A stretch of 64,000 nt of DNA, from contig JAPPDN010001023.1 in the NCBI GenBank assembly GCA_028824575.1, positions 25,347 through 89,346 of the forward strand. The letters are read 5' to 3'. The stretch comes from Candidatus Poribacteria bacterium. Its GTDB lineage: Bacteria; Poribacteria; WGA-4E; WGA-3G. Every line of letters starts with the position of its first letter. The first letter of the stretch is position 1. The notes below the pieces were generated by a model. The model had not been told where the DNA came from and searched no databases. It was given only the letters and a program-made list of their open reading frames with translations. The position numbers and the translations under genes were made by a program. Positions 28,383 to 38,636 of the stretch are shown here, piece after piece.

Positions 28383-29435
28383 TTAACCACCTTTTTGATG
28401 TCTATATTCTAAGTTATGTCCATAACGTTCACACTGATCTTTAACCAATTGATAATAATCTCTCATAACTTGTTTTTTTTCGACTAAGTCATAGTATTGC
28501 TGAACCATCACGTTATAAGTATGTATATCCAATTGGTAGGTGCTAAGGCGCCAATGAAGGTAAATCTCAATGTAGGGATGTTTTTGGCAGAATTTAATAT
28601 AATTGCCGACTTTGCTTACAATTTTATGCTCATCTGAGAGTTGATGCATCAATCGGTAAACAATTGCTTCCCTATCGAGGACAAAGCGAAGTCCCCGTTT
28701 ATAGAGACGATACCCCATCTCGAAATCTTCGAGTCCCCAACCTTTAAATTTTTCATCGAATAGTTCCATATGTCTGCCCAGATGACGCTTTTTGACAGAA
28801 ACATTTGACGTTACGAACAATAGCCATGGAAGTACAAATCCGTTCATATTAGAGGTGTAAGTGTCATAAACCTGCTCCCATCGGTCTCTCTCTCCCCAAT
28901 AAGACAATTGGACGAGTTTATCGAATCCATGACGCAGAATATCTTCTGGGCGAATCAATGCTGTGTTTTCAGGGACGTTTTTTAAATAGTGAAGCATTTT
29001 GTGCCTTTTTAATTGCTCAATCAAAATGCCTTTGTTCGCAGAGGAATCTGGGAGCATCTTAAAAAACGTTTGATACCTGTATCCAATAACGCTGAAGTTG
29101 TCGCTTTCACTGTGAAATTTCTGATGTCTTTCTATAAATGTTGGGGCCGGGATGCAGTCATCATCAATAAAAATTATCGTCTCACCTTTTGCCTGTTCTA
29201 TCCCACGATTCCGCGCAGCGGATCGTCCTTTATTCTCCTGTCGCGTGTAGTTGATCTGGTAAGGAACTTTGAGAGATGAAATGAAGTCATCAGTTTGGTC
29301 AGTTGATCCATCATTGACGACAACGACCTCATATTTATCTATTGGATAAGTTTGCAATTTAAGTGCTGTCAATGTGATTTCAAGAAATTCTTTTTTATTA
29401 TATGTCGGAATTACTACGCTTACATCAATAGCCAT
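28383..29435 (-). CDS. Glycosyltransferase family 2
   Basis: VSVVIPTYNKKEFLEITL, VVVVNDGSTDQT and IIFIDDDCIP (DxD). Confidence 0.85.
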   Translation of the reverse strand: MAIDVSVVIPTYNKKEFLEITLTALKLQTYPIDKYEVVVVNDGSTDQTDDFISSLKVPYQINYTRQENKGRSAARNRGIEQAKGETIIFIDDDCIPAPTFIERHQKFHSESDNFSVIGYRYQTFFKMLPDSSANKGILIEQLKRHKMLHYLKNVPENTALIRPEDILRHGFDKLVQLSYWGERDRWEQVYDTYTSNMNGFVLPWLLFVTSNVSVKKRHLGRHMELFDEKFKGWGLEDFEMGYRLYKRGLRFVLDREAIVYRLMHQLSDEHKIVSKVGNYIKFCQKHPYIEIYLHWRLSTYQLDIHTYNVMVQQYYDLVEKKQVMRDYYQLVKDQCERYGHNLEYRHQKGG

Positions 29436-29522
29436 TATTGTCCTCGCAAAAATCGCGGCAACTCAGCCGCCTTGTTTATACCTCGTGTAGTTTTGGTGTA
29501 TGACAAGAATTTACGAGCGTAT

Positions 29523-31025
29523 CTATAACGCAACAAGTTTCCCAAGGATCGCACCGACCTCACTCAATTGGGAGACGACTTCCCAAGCAATCCGTTGGAT
29601 TTTCTCCAGAGTATTATTACATAAATGACCGTCATAAGGACTTTGGGCGTAAATCCCCTCAGGCGTAAGTAACAACTCATTTGGATGACCTACATTCCAG
29701 ATGATTACCTGGTTCCCAACCCATTCTATAGCTATACCTGACTTTGCAGCAAATTTCTGAACCTTAGGTAGTAAAATTTGCTCGATTTGCCAGCACTCCT
29801 TGTGAGTTGTGGCTTCAATGGGAATAATAACAATTCGCCGGTTGGAAGAGAAAGATTGAATATGTCGTTGTCTCCAGAGTCGATAAGGACGTCCACTCTG
29901 AAAGAGAAAGTACAGGCCTGAAAGAGATTCCTTGGTCGCGGTAAGGAAACCCGCTCGCTCAAGGTAGTAACGATACAAGAATGCAGTTTGTAAAAAACGC
30001 CCTAAAAACAGCCGTCTCCCCCCATGAAAGTTTAGATTTTCTCTCCCGGGTTTAAACAAAAATTTTGATGTGAGTATATCAAGCCCATCTGGTTTCAATT
30101 TTGAAATGACTTCAGTGGGAAGTTCAACTTCATAGTCTCTCTGAAGTCTCAAAAGCAACCCATAAAGAATCGTTTGGAGAGAATTTTTTCGAGCAAACTG
30201 ATATAAATAATCCCAATCGAAATTATTCCCAGCATGTCTTAAGACTACATGAGTATCATTTAAATCTCTTAATTTAGCGTATCCGTGTCGACTAATATGT
30301 GAACATATAATGAGAATACAATCCTCTAACGATGCCACCAAAACTTCTCGGTGCCCCACGCGTAATGGAATTGCCCGATCCCACATATTTGATTCTAAGA
30401 TACTATCACCACATCCTGGAAATGCTCCCAAATGTAAATCAAAGGGTAAAGCCCTCGGGTCACCATCCAAGTCCAACATTTCGGCAATTCCAAAGATTCC
30501 ATCAGACGACTGTGCTGAATAAGGATACTTCTCCAATCGAATTCGCTTTGGACGATGCCGAATTCGTTTGAAGGCATCGATTCCTTTCCAGACGGTATCT
30601 TGAGAAATTACCAAGTCTATATCCCCCATCTGTCGAAAGGACTCTGCTGGATATAGATTCTGAAAACATGCGCCTTTGATGACCATGAAGCGCCCACCTA
30701 TTGCTGAGACCTCTGCATGAAATAATTCTAAATCGGCAAATAGTCTCATGATATATTTCTTTCTTTCTTCTAAGTCCTGCTGTGCCTGAAGAAAAAATTG
30801 ATTTAAGAACGTGAGGTGTTGGCTTTGTTCTTTAAGGCAAAGAATATTGTGATAAACCTGAGGAGCAACCCCCTGAGCCCATGCAATATCCACCAAAGTC
30901 GTCGCATCAAGGTTTTGATTTTCATGCAGGAAAGATTTAGCTTGTCTCATTTCTTTTTTTGATGGCCACAACTTTCCAACCAATCCTACCAGTCTATTAT
31001 ATGGGTGCTCATTTCTAAAAAACAT
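29523..31025 (-). CDS. PF14907-like uncharacterised nucleotidyltransferase-family protein
   Basis: FMVIKGACFQNLYPAESFRQMGDIDLVI (NTase G..D.D core) and downstream CSHISRHGYAKLRDLND. It is a paralogue of the truncated ORF at 1..569. Confidence 0.65.
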   Translation of the reverse strand: MFFRNEHPYNRLVGLVGKLWPSKKEMRQAKSFLHENQNLDATTLVDIAWAQGVAPQVYHNILCLKEQSQHLTFLNQFFLQAQQDLEERKKYIMRLFADLELFHAEVSAIGGRFMVIKGACFQNLYPAESFRQMGDIDLVISQDTVWKGIDAFKRIRHRPKRIRLEKYPYSAQSSDGIFGIAEMLDLDGDPRALPFDLHLGAFPGCGDSILESNMWDRAIPLRVGHREVLVASLEDCILIICSHISRHGYAKLRDLNDTHVVLRHAGNNFDWDYLYQFARKNSLQTILYGLLLRLQRDYEVELPTEVISKLKPDGLDILTSKFLFKPGRENLNFHGGRRLFLGRFLQTAFLYRYYLERAGFLTATKESLSGLYFLFQSGRPYRLWRQRHIQSFSSNRRIVIIPIEATTHKECWQIEQILLPKVQKFAAKSGIAIEWVGNQVIIWNVGHPNELLLTPEGIYAQSPYDGHLCNNTLEKIQRIAWEVVSQLSEVGAILGKLVAL

Positions 31026-31402
31026 AGAATCGTTGCCTCAAAGGGAACAGTCGACAGTTCAGAGATTATCAGTATGTCAACATTTTACCTTCTGAAGCGA
31101 TTTTCTGTCAAGATTTTTTGACATTACCGCTCTTTAGGGTTCAAAGCAGCATTGAGACCTTCAAGTGCCAAAGCCTTCCAGGTTCTCTCGATGATTCGGG
31201 GTGAAACTTCAATCGCCTCTTGTATCTGTTTATCGGTGTAAATCTTTTGGTTTTTCGAAAAATCATTGACGAATTCACCGATTTGGCATATAATCTAATA
31301 TGGAAGCCACAATTTCGAGGTTTGTCAATAAACTTGAGACACCAGAACTCTAATCATCTATGGACTGTTTTCACAGAGGAGAAGTTAAAGGGAACACGAA
31401 AA

Positions 31403-32104
31403 ATGACGGAACTAAGATACTCTCCAGAGCATGAAGTTACATTTGTCCTCCCTGCCACCGCTTTTGAAAATATATTTCAAAGCCTTCAGCCCCCGACTGG
31501 GATGATCACTGTAGGGCAGAGAGATTACAAATTATTTCGACGAAAACGCAATGTTGCTCTGCATTTTTTCGCCAAGAGTGATGACCTAGACATCAAGTTG
31601 CGATTACAATTTCGCTTCAAGAAGGGCCAGATAAAAGCTCGCTTTTCTCCCAAGATGGTCGTTGGAAATCAAATTGTGGAAGGGAGGTGGAAAGAGGATA
31701 TAGAAATTGGAAAAGCCTTTTCAAAGGTAAACGGTTTTGGCCCTATAATAGCTAGTTTCATTAAAGAACAGTTTAAGCAAACCTATGTGTCGGGAGGGAG
31801 AAGGTTACAACTCTCACTAGACAAAGTTATAGGCTTCAATCCGGAAGCTTCCGGGCAGCACGGTCTACCATTTTACCATTTAGAAGTTGAAAGTGATTAC
31901 CCACAATCCTTAGAAGAATTCACTAATTGTGATTACTTTCACAATCACATCTCACCTTGGGTCAGGTGTATGGAACACTATGATACTAAATGGCTTCAAG
32001 CCAGTTTATACTGCAAAGGAGATTTCTGCTTCAAATTTAGCACAGAGAGTAGCTTATTGGACTATTTAATGTCAATCAAACAAAAACTACTCCCAAGGAT
32101 TTGA
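31403..32104 (+). CDS. CYTH-like (triphosphate tunnel) protein with a degenerate signature
   Basis: I chose the start at MTELRY (31403). EHEVTF stands in place of the ExExK motif. Alternating charged beta strands are RLQFRFKKGQIKARF, WKEDIEIG, RRLQLSLDKV and FYHLEVES. Confidence 0.45.
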   Translation: MTELRYSPEHEVTFVLPATAFENIFQSLQPPTGMITVGQRDYKLFRRKRNVALHFFAKSDDLDIKLRLQFRFKKGQIKARFSPKMVVGNQIVEGRWKEDIEIGKAFSKVNGFGPIIASFIKEQFKQTYVSGGRRLQLSLDKVIGFNPEASGQHGLPFYHLEVESDYPQSLEEFTNCDYFHNHISPWVRCMEHYDTKWLQASLYCKGDFCFKFSTESSLLDYLMSIKQKLLPRI

Positions 32105-32191
32105 GATGAGAGCACTCCGCGATGAATGTTATTCGTGGAGGGGCTAAGTAAAAAGTAAACGAGCCCAGTCTCGTATGGAAGGAGCACTACT

Positions 32192-32938
32192 TTGATAAAA
32201 GGAATTGAACCAGTACCTTACAATGAATTAGATGCCATTGAACATGAACTCAAATTTGTGATCGATCAAGATTGTGATCAAAAGGCAATCTTGGATTTCG
32301 CTTTTTCCCCTTATGGAAAAATCCAAAAGTTCAGGACATCTTCCGTCGAGGATATCTATCTGGATACCTCCGATTATTGTCTTGCCAAACACGGTGCCTT
32401 TTTCCGGTTAAGAGAAGGTTGGAAGAAGAACAAGATCACCATAAATTTCAAGTTTCCTGGTGAACAACGCGACGGCGTTTTTGCCCGCAGAGAAGTTAGA
32501 AGTCGATTTAAGCCCGGTCCCATTGACATTAACAGGGCATTGGATGTTTCATGTGAGGCATCGCTCGCTGCCATTTCATTTTTTAAAACATATGCACCTA
32601 CGGGGTCGGACCCACAAGAGGTGTCTTGCCGTTTACGAGTGACGACTAGACGTGTGCTGTACGCGCTTTTTGGAGGCGACGATGAATGGGAAGAGTGTGG
32701 CATAATCTTCTTTGATACTTCCACATACCATCGTTCAACATCTCCGCAGGAAAAAAGAGAGGATTTCGAGCTTGAATTCGAGATTAGTTCTGACCTGATT
32801 TCCAGAAGAACATTGGATTTATTAGACGAAATAAACAATAGGTTATTGAGTTTTGGTTTGTTACCGAGCCGGAAAAATAAATATGCGCGGGGGCTTGAAC
32901 TTTTTGGTGTGGATGTTTCTAGCAAGAGTTCTACGTAA
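32192..32938 (+). CDS. CYTH domain protein (triphosphate tunnel metalloenzyme family)
   Basis: TTG start with GGAAGGAG 7 nt upstream. Canonical ExExK is present (IEHELKFVI). Other motifs are FFRLREG, ARREVRSRF, RLRVTTRR and FELEFEIS. Confidence 0.7.
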   Translation: MIKGIEPVPYNELDAIEHELKFVIDQDCDQKAILDFAFSPYGKIQKFRTSSVEDIYLDTSDYCLAKHGAFFRLREGWKKNKITINFKFPGEQRDGVFARREVRSRFKPGPIDINRALDVSCEASLAAISFFKTYAPTGSDPQEVSCRLRVTTRRVLYALFGGDDEWEECGIIFFDTSTYHRSTSPQEKREDFELEFEISSDLISRRTLDLLDEINNRLLSFGLLPSRKNKYARGLELFGVDVSSKSST

Positions 32939-33106
32939 AAACTCGCAACACTTCCCTAGTGTCTGTCTCGATGCTTATCGTTATGAGTAGTCGTATTTCT
33001 ATAACGAATTGAAACACTATAAATTAAAGAGCTATCCAGCGGCAAAAGCAAAGTCTTTCCCGATGTGTGTAGCAAATTTGAGAGTACCTCAAGGTAGAAA
33101 GTCGCA

Positions 33107-34363
33107 ATGAACTTACTAAACCAAATTCCGGAAATCGTCGCAAAATATTCAACACCTTTATATCTTGTGAATGAGGCTTTGCTACGACAAACTATTCGGA
33201 ATTTCGTTTCTGCTTTTCGCCAATTCCGTGCGAATACACAAATAGCTTATTCATACAAGACAAACCCACTCCTTGCCATCTGTCAGATTATGCATCAAGA
33301 GGGGATATGGGCAGAGGTAGTTTCTGGGGACGAACTTCAAAATGCACAGAAACTTGAAGTCCCCTATTCAAATATTGTGTTTAACGGACCATATAAAACC
33401 GATGACGAACTCGAGTTGGCTCTTCGAGAGAAAATTATCTTAAACCTTGATAATTTTATCGAATTAGAGAAGGCAGAAACGATAGCACGGTCTCTCCTGA
33501 TGAAAGGTAGGGTTGGACTACGGATATCAATGGGATATTCGACGGGGCATCTTAGCGGTTCGGACTCTAAATTTGGATTTAGCCTCAAAACTGGCGAAGT
33601 TAAACGTGCTATTGAGCGAGTTATAGAGAGCGATGTTCTAGTTCTTGAAGGGTTACACTTTCATCTGGGTACAAACCTCAAACATGTAGATTATCATCTC
33701 AAGGCAATTGAGGAAATTAACGCTTTTTTCCAAGGCTTAACACATTCGCAACGCAAAAGACTTCGCTATATAGACATAGGTGGCGGCTTTGCTATTAGAG
33801 AAAATCGCCCTCTTGACATTGAGCCGCAAGATTGGCATGTTCCCAGTGTCAATGAGCTAGCAGCAGAGATTTGTACTACGATTAATAAGGTGTTTCCTCA
33901 GGAAACCTTACTGCTTGTAGAGCCTGGTCGTGCTTTAATAGCAGACAGCTGGTGGTTTGTGGCAAAAGTTATTCATGTCAAACACCGGCAGCTGGGCTTC
34001 TACGGGATACTCAATGGTGGTTCTAATCTCGTTCCGTCAACATATTACCACGCCCACCCTATAGAGATAATCTCACACACCAATCCGGATGAGAGAACCA
34101 CTTCTATAAACGGAACAAAGGTGGATTTCTTTGGACCTTTATGCATGTCCATCGATCTTATGGCTAGTTGCCAAATGACAAATCCACCAAATGTTGGTGA
34201 TATAGTTATATTTCAAAGTATTGGGGCCTATAACTATTCAGAAGCCTGGACTTTCTCGCGCGGTAAACCTCCGGTCATTCTTTTACGAACAGATGGTTCC
34301 CTCTTCACTATTCGCGATAGCGAGCCCTTTAATGTCCTTCATCACTTAGAACATTTACTATAG
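33107..34363 (+). CDS. PLP-dependent decarboxylase, Orn/DAP/Arg decarboxylase (alanine-racemase fold) family
   Basis: PLP-lysine motif YSYKTNP. Other motifs are HFHLGT, IDIGGGF, EPGRALI, GPLCMSIDL and IGAYN. Confidence 0.85.
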   Translation: MNLLNQIPEIVAKYSTPLYLVNEALLRQTIRNFVSAFRQFRANTQIAYSYKTNPLLAICQIMHQEGIWAEVVSGDELQNAQKLEVPYSNIVFNGPYKTDDELELALREKIILNLDNFIELEKAETIARSLLMKGRVGLRISMGYSTGHLSGSDSKFGFSLKTGEVKRAIERVIESDVLVLEGLHFHLGTNLKHVDYHLKAIEEINAFFQGLTHSQRKRLRYIDIGGGFAIRENRPLDIEPQDWHVPSVNELAAEICTTINKVFPQETLLLVEPGRALIADSWWFVAKVIHVKHRQLGFYGILNGGSNLVPSTYYHAHPIEIISHTNPDERTTSINGTKVDFFGPLCMSIDLMASCQMTNPPNVGDIVIFQSIGAYNYSEAWTFSRGKPPVILLRTDGSLFTIRDSEPFNVLHHLEHLL

Positions 34364-37003
34364 TTATTCGGTCTCTAAATGGACATACCCCGACGATCCA
34401 TCCACAGTCACGATTTGATTATTAGATACAACTTTTGTGGCTATATCTGTACCAACGACTGCCGGTATCCCATATTCTCTGGCTACGACTGCTGGATGTG
34501 ATAACATAACGCCCATATCAGTAATAAGTCCTCCGATGATACCAAATAATGGTGTCCATGCGGGTGTCGTAATAGGGCACACGAGGATGTCGCCTTTAGT
34601 CACTTGTCTTGATTCAGCAATTGAGTGAATGACACGCGCTTGGGCCTTAACACGTCCAGGTGAACCCGCCTCACCCCGCAACAATTTGCTCTCACGTACA
34701 GCAGCGAGTCTGGTTTGTGGAGAGAGTATAAGTCCTTCGTTAATTTCTGGCAGGATTTTTTCCTTCTCAGGATAGAGGATATCCCATTGATATTTCATGT
34801 TAGGGGGTAGCTGCGTCGGTGGTGAGCCAATTATTCTTGGAGGAACTACCTTTTCAAAATATTTAAGTTCATCACGGCGATGGGCGATCACTTCACTCCA
34901 ATTGAAGCTTCCCCCCTTATGATTTATAATCTCCTCGACTTCATCCATCATCAAGAAAAAAATATCCTGTGGCTCTTCTATCCACGAGGAGGCAACCAAA
35001 TGGTGTCCGATTTCCAGCAGAATTTCTCGTAATATAGCATAACTTTGCGTCACATTAATAATATAACGATCCTGTCCTATTGGCAGAGCTTTTTGGGCGC
35101 GCTGAAGATTTTTCAAGAAGTGATTCAGTTGTTGTTGATTACCAGATAGATGCTTCGCTACTTCGTTGGTGGCAATCTCGCGCTTTCGCTCCAGACGCTG
35201 CAAACGTTCAGATGGTGTTTCCCCCTGTTGGCTAATTCTTTGGGATAAAATCGATAATAAAGATGTTGGTTTCTCTTTCCACGAAGGCGTTAATAGGTTA
35301 TCTCCTCCGAAATGCCCAGACTTCGTCAGGAACTGTTCAAAGAGTTGCCAGTAGCCAGTACCACGAATCATCTTCAAGGCGAGGTCTGGCGGGTTATTGA
35401 GAACAATCGATGATAATTCAGATTCCAGTTTTATCTTCTTCGTCAATTCCCATAGTGTCTCTTCCACTTCATAGGCTTTACTTTTCAGCCCCTGTAATAG
35501 CGTGTTTATATCAATTTCATAATCGTTTCCTAATAACTCTTTAAGGAATTTCGTTAAGTTTTCAACGATGGGATACCATATTACCCCGGCAATAGCACCG
35601 AGATATTCGTGGTGTTTGTGTTGTGATAGAACCTTTTGCAAATGTCCGATCAATTCTCCTAAAGACGCATTTTTCAAATCGAATTGGGACCATTCCTTAA
35701 TATCACGCTCTATTTCTGGCAACCACTCCTTATACCATTGCTCAGGAACTTCCTCCATCAATTTCACTATCGTCTGTTCATACGCTTTGCGGTAGGTAGC
35801 GATCTCTTCCTCATTTAGTTGGAGTGGAATATCGGTTGTGTAAAGGTACCCATTCACTACTAACGCACGATATCTGAAAATCGAGTGCCAATTTTTTCTT
35901 GCTTTGTTAAAAGAGTCTACAAACATCATAAATAGATGCGCTTCCCAAGGACATAAAGGTGTTGGTGCAAGTTCATCTTCGCGGCAGAATGGAAGGGTAG
36001 AATCTTGTGGATGAGTCCATACAACTGGAAAACCAGCTTCTACTCGGAGGGCAGTAATTGGGCGAGATTGAAGTAAATAAAGGGTTCCCGCACTATAACT
36101 CCATTCTATATCCTGAGGGAGCCCAAAACGTTCCTCAACTAAACGTCCAGCATCTAACAACTCAGTTATTTGTTGCTTTTCGAGTGCAGGTATGTCTCTT
36201 TGTTCAGGAGACACGGCGACTTCTAGAGTTTCGCCCTCTTCTAAGGCAATCACTTTTAATCGCTTTGATGCAACTTTGTGCTGTAGCAGTAGAGCATCGC
36301 TTTTGCGTACGATGTAAGTATCTGAAGAAACTTTACCTGAAACGATTGCCTCTCCTAGTCCGAAACTTGCATTAATGACTATTTCATTTTCGCTGCCATT
36401 GACAGGATTTGCCGTAAACATAATTCCCGATATATCGCTATCAACCATTTCTTGAACCAGGACTGCCATTCTAATGTCAGTTTCCGATATTCGGTGGTGA
36501 CGACGATAGTACAAGGCGCGTTCTGACCAAAGAGATGCCCAACACCCCTTCACTCCTTCAAACAAGGCTTTTTCGTTGCGTACATTCAGAATTGTCTTAT
36601 ACTGTCCTGCAAAACTGACATGGGGTAAATCCTCCAAACTAGCAGATGAGCGAACCGCCACGGGAACCATAAGTTTACGCCCTTGGCTTAAATGATGATA
36701 GGCCTCACGGATATCTTTCAATAAGAATTGGGGGATATCCTCGCTGAGAATGATTCCCTGACACTTTTGAGCACACACCGCCAGTTTTGAAGGATCATCC
36801 GTATCATATGATTGCAGGATTTCTCTTAGTCTTTCTTCAATACCTGTATCCCTCGCATAAGCATAGTACCCTTCTGTAGTGATACAAAAACCTTCAGGGA
36901 TATGAATTCCACAAGACATTAGTTGGCTCAGATTAGCTACTTTCCCACCAACTTTGGTTTTAAGAATTTCAGCGTTTTTTGTCAACCAGCGAATATATTG
37001 CAA
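34364..37003 (-). CDS. PEP-utilising enzyme with PPDK_N ATP-grasp N-domain and C-terminal swivel His domain (rifampicin-phosphotransferase-like architecture)
   Basis: N-terminus GGKVANLSQLMSCGIHIPEGFCITT. C-terminus GDILVCPITTPAWTPLF...TDMGVMLSHPAVVAREYGIPAVVG. 879 aa with no PEP TIM-barrel domain. TTG start with GGAG upstream. Confidence 0.8.
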   Translation of the reverse strand: MQYIRWLTKNAEILKTKVGGKVANLSQLMSCGIHIPEGFCITTEGYYAYARDTGIEERLREILQSYDTDDPSKLAVCAQKCQGIILSEDIPQFLLKDIREAYHHLSQGRKLMVPVAVRSSASLEDLPHVSFAGQYKTILNVRNEKALFEGVKGCWASLWSERALYYRRHHRISETDIRMAVLVQEMVDSDISGIMFTANPVNGSENEIVINASFGLGEAIVSGKVSSDTYIVRKSDALLLQHKVASKRLKVIALEEGETLEVAVSPEQRDIPALEKQQITELLDAGRLVEERFGLPQDIEWSYSAGTLYLLQSRPITALRVEAGFPVVWTHPQDSTLPFCREDELAPTPLCPWEAHLFMMFVDSFNKARKNWHSIFRYRALVVNGYLYTTDIPLQLNEEEIATYRKAYEQTIVKLMEEVPEQWYKEWLPEIERDIKEWSQFDLKNASLGELIGHLQKVLSQHKHHEYLGAIAGVIWYPIVENLTKFLKELLGNDYEIDINTLLQGLKSKAYEVEETLWELTKKIKLESELSSIVLNNPPDLALKMIRGTGYWQLFEQFLTKSGHFGGDNLLTPSWKEKPTSLLSILSQRISQQGETPSERLQRLERKREIATNEVAKHLSGNQQQLNHFLKNLQRAQKALPIGQDRYIINVTQSYAILREILLEIGHHLVASSWIEEPQDIFFLMMDEVEEIINHKGGSFNWSEVIAHRRDELKYFEKVVPPRIIGSPPTQLPPNMKYQWDILYPEKEKILPEINEGLILSPQTRLAAVRESKLLRGEAGSPGRVKAQARVIHSIAESRQVTKGDILVCPITTPAWTPLFGIIGGLITDMGVMLSHPAVVAREYGIPAVVGTDIATKVVSNNQIVTVDGSSGYVHLETE

Positions 37004-37100
37004 TTTATAATCTCCGCCGAATACCGGTCACTACGTAAAGAACGCGGTCATAACTCAGAATACCAATAGATGTAAAGACTCAATAGAGATTTGCCATCTG

Positions 37101-37679
37101 CTAATATTTGAGTGCCGGCTCCCAATTATTTGGACCCTCGGCGAGCAAATCAAAAAGATGCCAAACTGCACAGAAGGGATCACCCGGACCTAAATCTGCC
37201 TTTGAAATTCGAGCGATTCCGCCGTTAGTCTTTCTGTAAAAAGTTGAAACACCAGGGAGCCAACCGTCTTCGTTCTTGAAACCCATATCTTCTGTAAACT
37301 TCGATCCTTCACTGGAATACATCTGAAATCGCCAACCCCTTTTTTGAGCAAAAGTGGCTTGTCTCTCAGGAGAATCTGGTGATACTACAACAAACTCCGC
37401 ACGGCTTTCCAAGTGTTGAAGGACCCCATTAAATCCATCGGCCCACATGGTACAATAAGAACAACTGCTGCCCATAGTATGAATGACAATCAAATCATCT
37501 TTGTCATCAAACATCTCAGAAAGCTTGACCTTTTTACCACTTGGTCCCTTTAAAACATAGTCTGGCACTTCTTGTGGTGGCAGCTGTCTTCTAAGATCTC
37601 TCAATCTTTTTTGCCTTTCCATAAGTTCGGTCTCCAAGCAAGCAATTTCATTCTTAAGGGTTGTTTGATTTAATACCAT
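37101..37679 (-). CDS. DUF899 thioredoxin-fold protein
   Basis: N-terminal coiled segment ELMERQKRLRDLRRQLP, CxxC-like SCSYC, and the size and layout of DUF899. Perfect AAGGAGG RBS. Confidence 0.7.
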   Translation of the reverse strand: MVLNQTTLKNEIACLETELMERQKRLRDLRRQLPPQEVPDYVLKGPSGKKVKLSEMFDDKDDLIVIHTMGSSCSYCTMWADGFNGVLQHLESRAEFVVVSPDSPERQATFAQKRGWRFQMYSSEGSKFTEDMGFKNEDGWLPGVSTFYRKTNGGIARISKADLGPGDPFCAVWHLFDLLAEGPNNWEPALKY

Positions 37680-37852
37680 TTTATCCTCCTTAGTTAACTG
37701 CCTTTGCGGTTACACCGTTGACTCCTGAGATGCCTTTTTTCTCCTACAATACCGTCGCTTAAGAAACAGGAACAGCAGAATTGTATTTGCAGAGCGGACA
37801 CGTAAATCTGGATTGGACAGGACAATTTTGTCAAACCTTGCGCATAATGAAA

Positions 37853-38596
37853 TCAAGCAAATTCGGAAATCGAATACCCTTGATCATATAGGTGGATATC
37901 TTTGTCAGGCATCTTTACTCCAAGTAGCCGCAATCGTTGTTCACCGGCATTTTCCAGTGCCTGCCACGGTGGACTCAAATGCCAATTGTAGCGCTTAAGC
38001 CACCAGTAACCGTAGTAGGGGTGAACAACGCGCCTTAGCCCGCCGGACCGGTTGTGACCACCGGTATGCCAAATAGATGCATTAATGAATAATGCATCGC
38101 CAGCATCAGCATAGATGCTGACCTCTCCCGGTAGTGGTTCATCCGCGGATTTTTGAGGGGGCCACACTTCTCCCCGGTGACTTCCGGGCACGACTCGTGT
38201 CGGACCTTGGTCTTCTGTCATGTCATCAAGATATAGAAGACCGTTGATCGCCAGGGGCCACTCGCCTCGGAAGGTGAAGTCACGGTGCCAATGCCAATGG
38301 ACTTCGCTTGTAGGATCCTGGCGGGATAACTCGTATTGGAGGAGTTGAGTCTGTGAACCGAAGATTGCATAAAGACGCTTAAGAATCGGCGGGTGCTCAA
38401 TCAACTCAATGAAAGCCTTATGTTTGAGTACCCTTGGTTCGTTGAGAAACTGGTTAGAACTTACATGTGGTTTTTCCAGTTCCCACACACGATCAAACTC
38501 CTTTTGGATGAAAGCGAGATACTCGCTGTTAAGTATGCCACGCACATGTAGATACCCATGTTCCATAAAGAAATTCTTTTCATTTGGTGTGTTCAT
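37853..38596 (-). CDS. Phytanoyl-CoA dioxygenase (PhyH) family Fe(II)/2-oxoglutarate oxygenase
   Basis: FFMEHGYLHVRG N-terminus, HxD in WHWHRDF, distal His in IWHTGGHNRS. I chose the ATG at 38596; the ORF-track TTG start is at 38617. Confidence 0.8.
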   Translation of the reverse strand: MNTPNEKNFFMEHGYLHVRGILNSEYLAFIQKEFDRVWELEKPHVSSNQFLNEPRVLKHKAFIELIEHPPILKRLYAIFGSQTQLLQYELSRQDPTSEVHWHWHRDFTFRGEWPLAINGLLYLDDMTEDQGPTRVVPGSHRGEVWPPQKSADEPLPGEVSIYADAGDALFINASIWHTGGHNRSGGLRRVVHPYYGYWWLKRYNWHLSPPWQALENAGEQRLRLLGVKMPDKDIHLYDQGYSISEFA

Positions 38597-38636
38597 AGTA
38601 AATTCCGCGTTGGTCAAAAGTCAAGTCGATTTATTT

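Noticed and set aside
32374-32925. 183-aa minus-strand ORF opposite the CYTH gene
   Set aside because: It is antisense to an ORF with a canonical ExExK signature and an RBS, and its sequence is Ser/Lys-rich low complexity.
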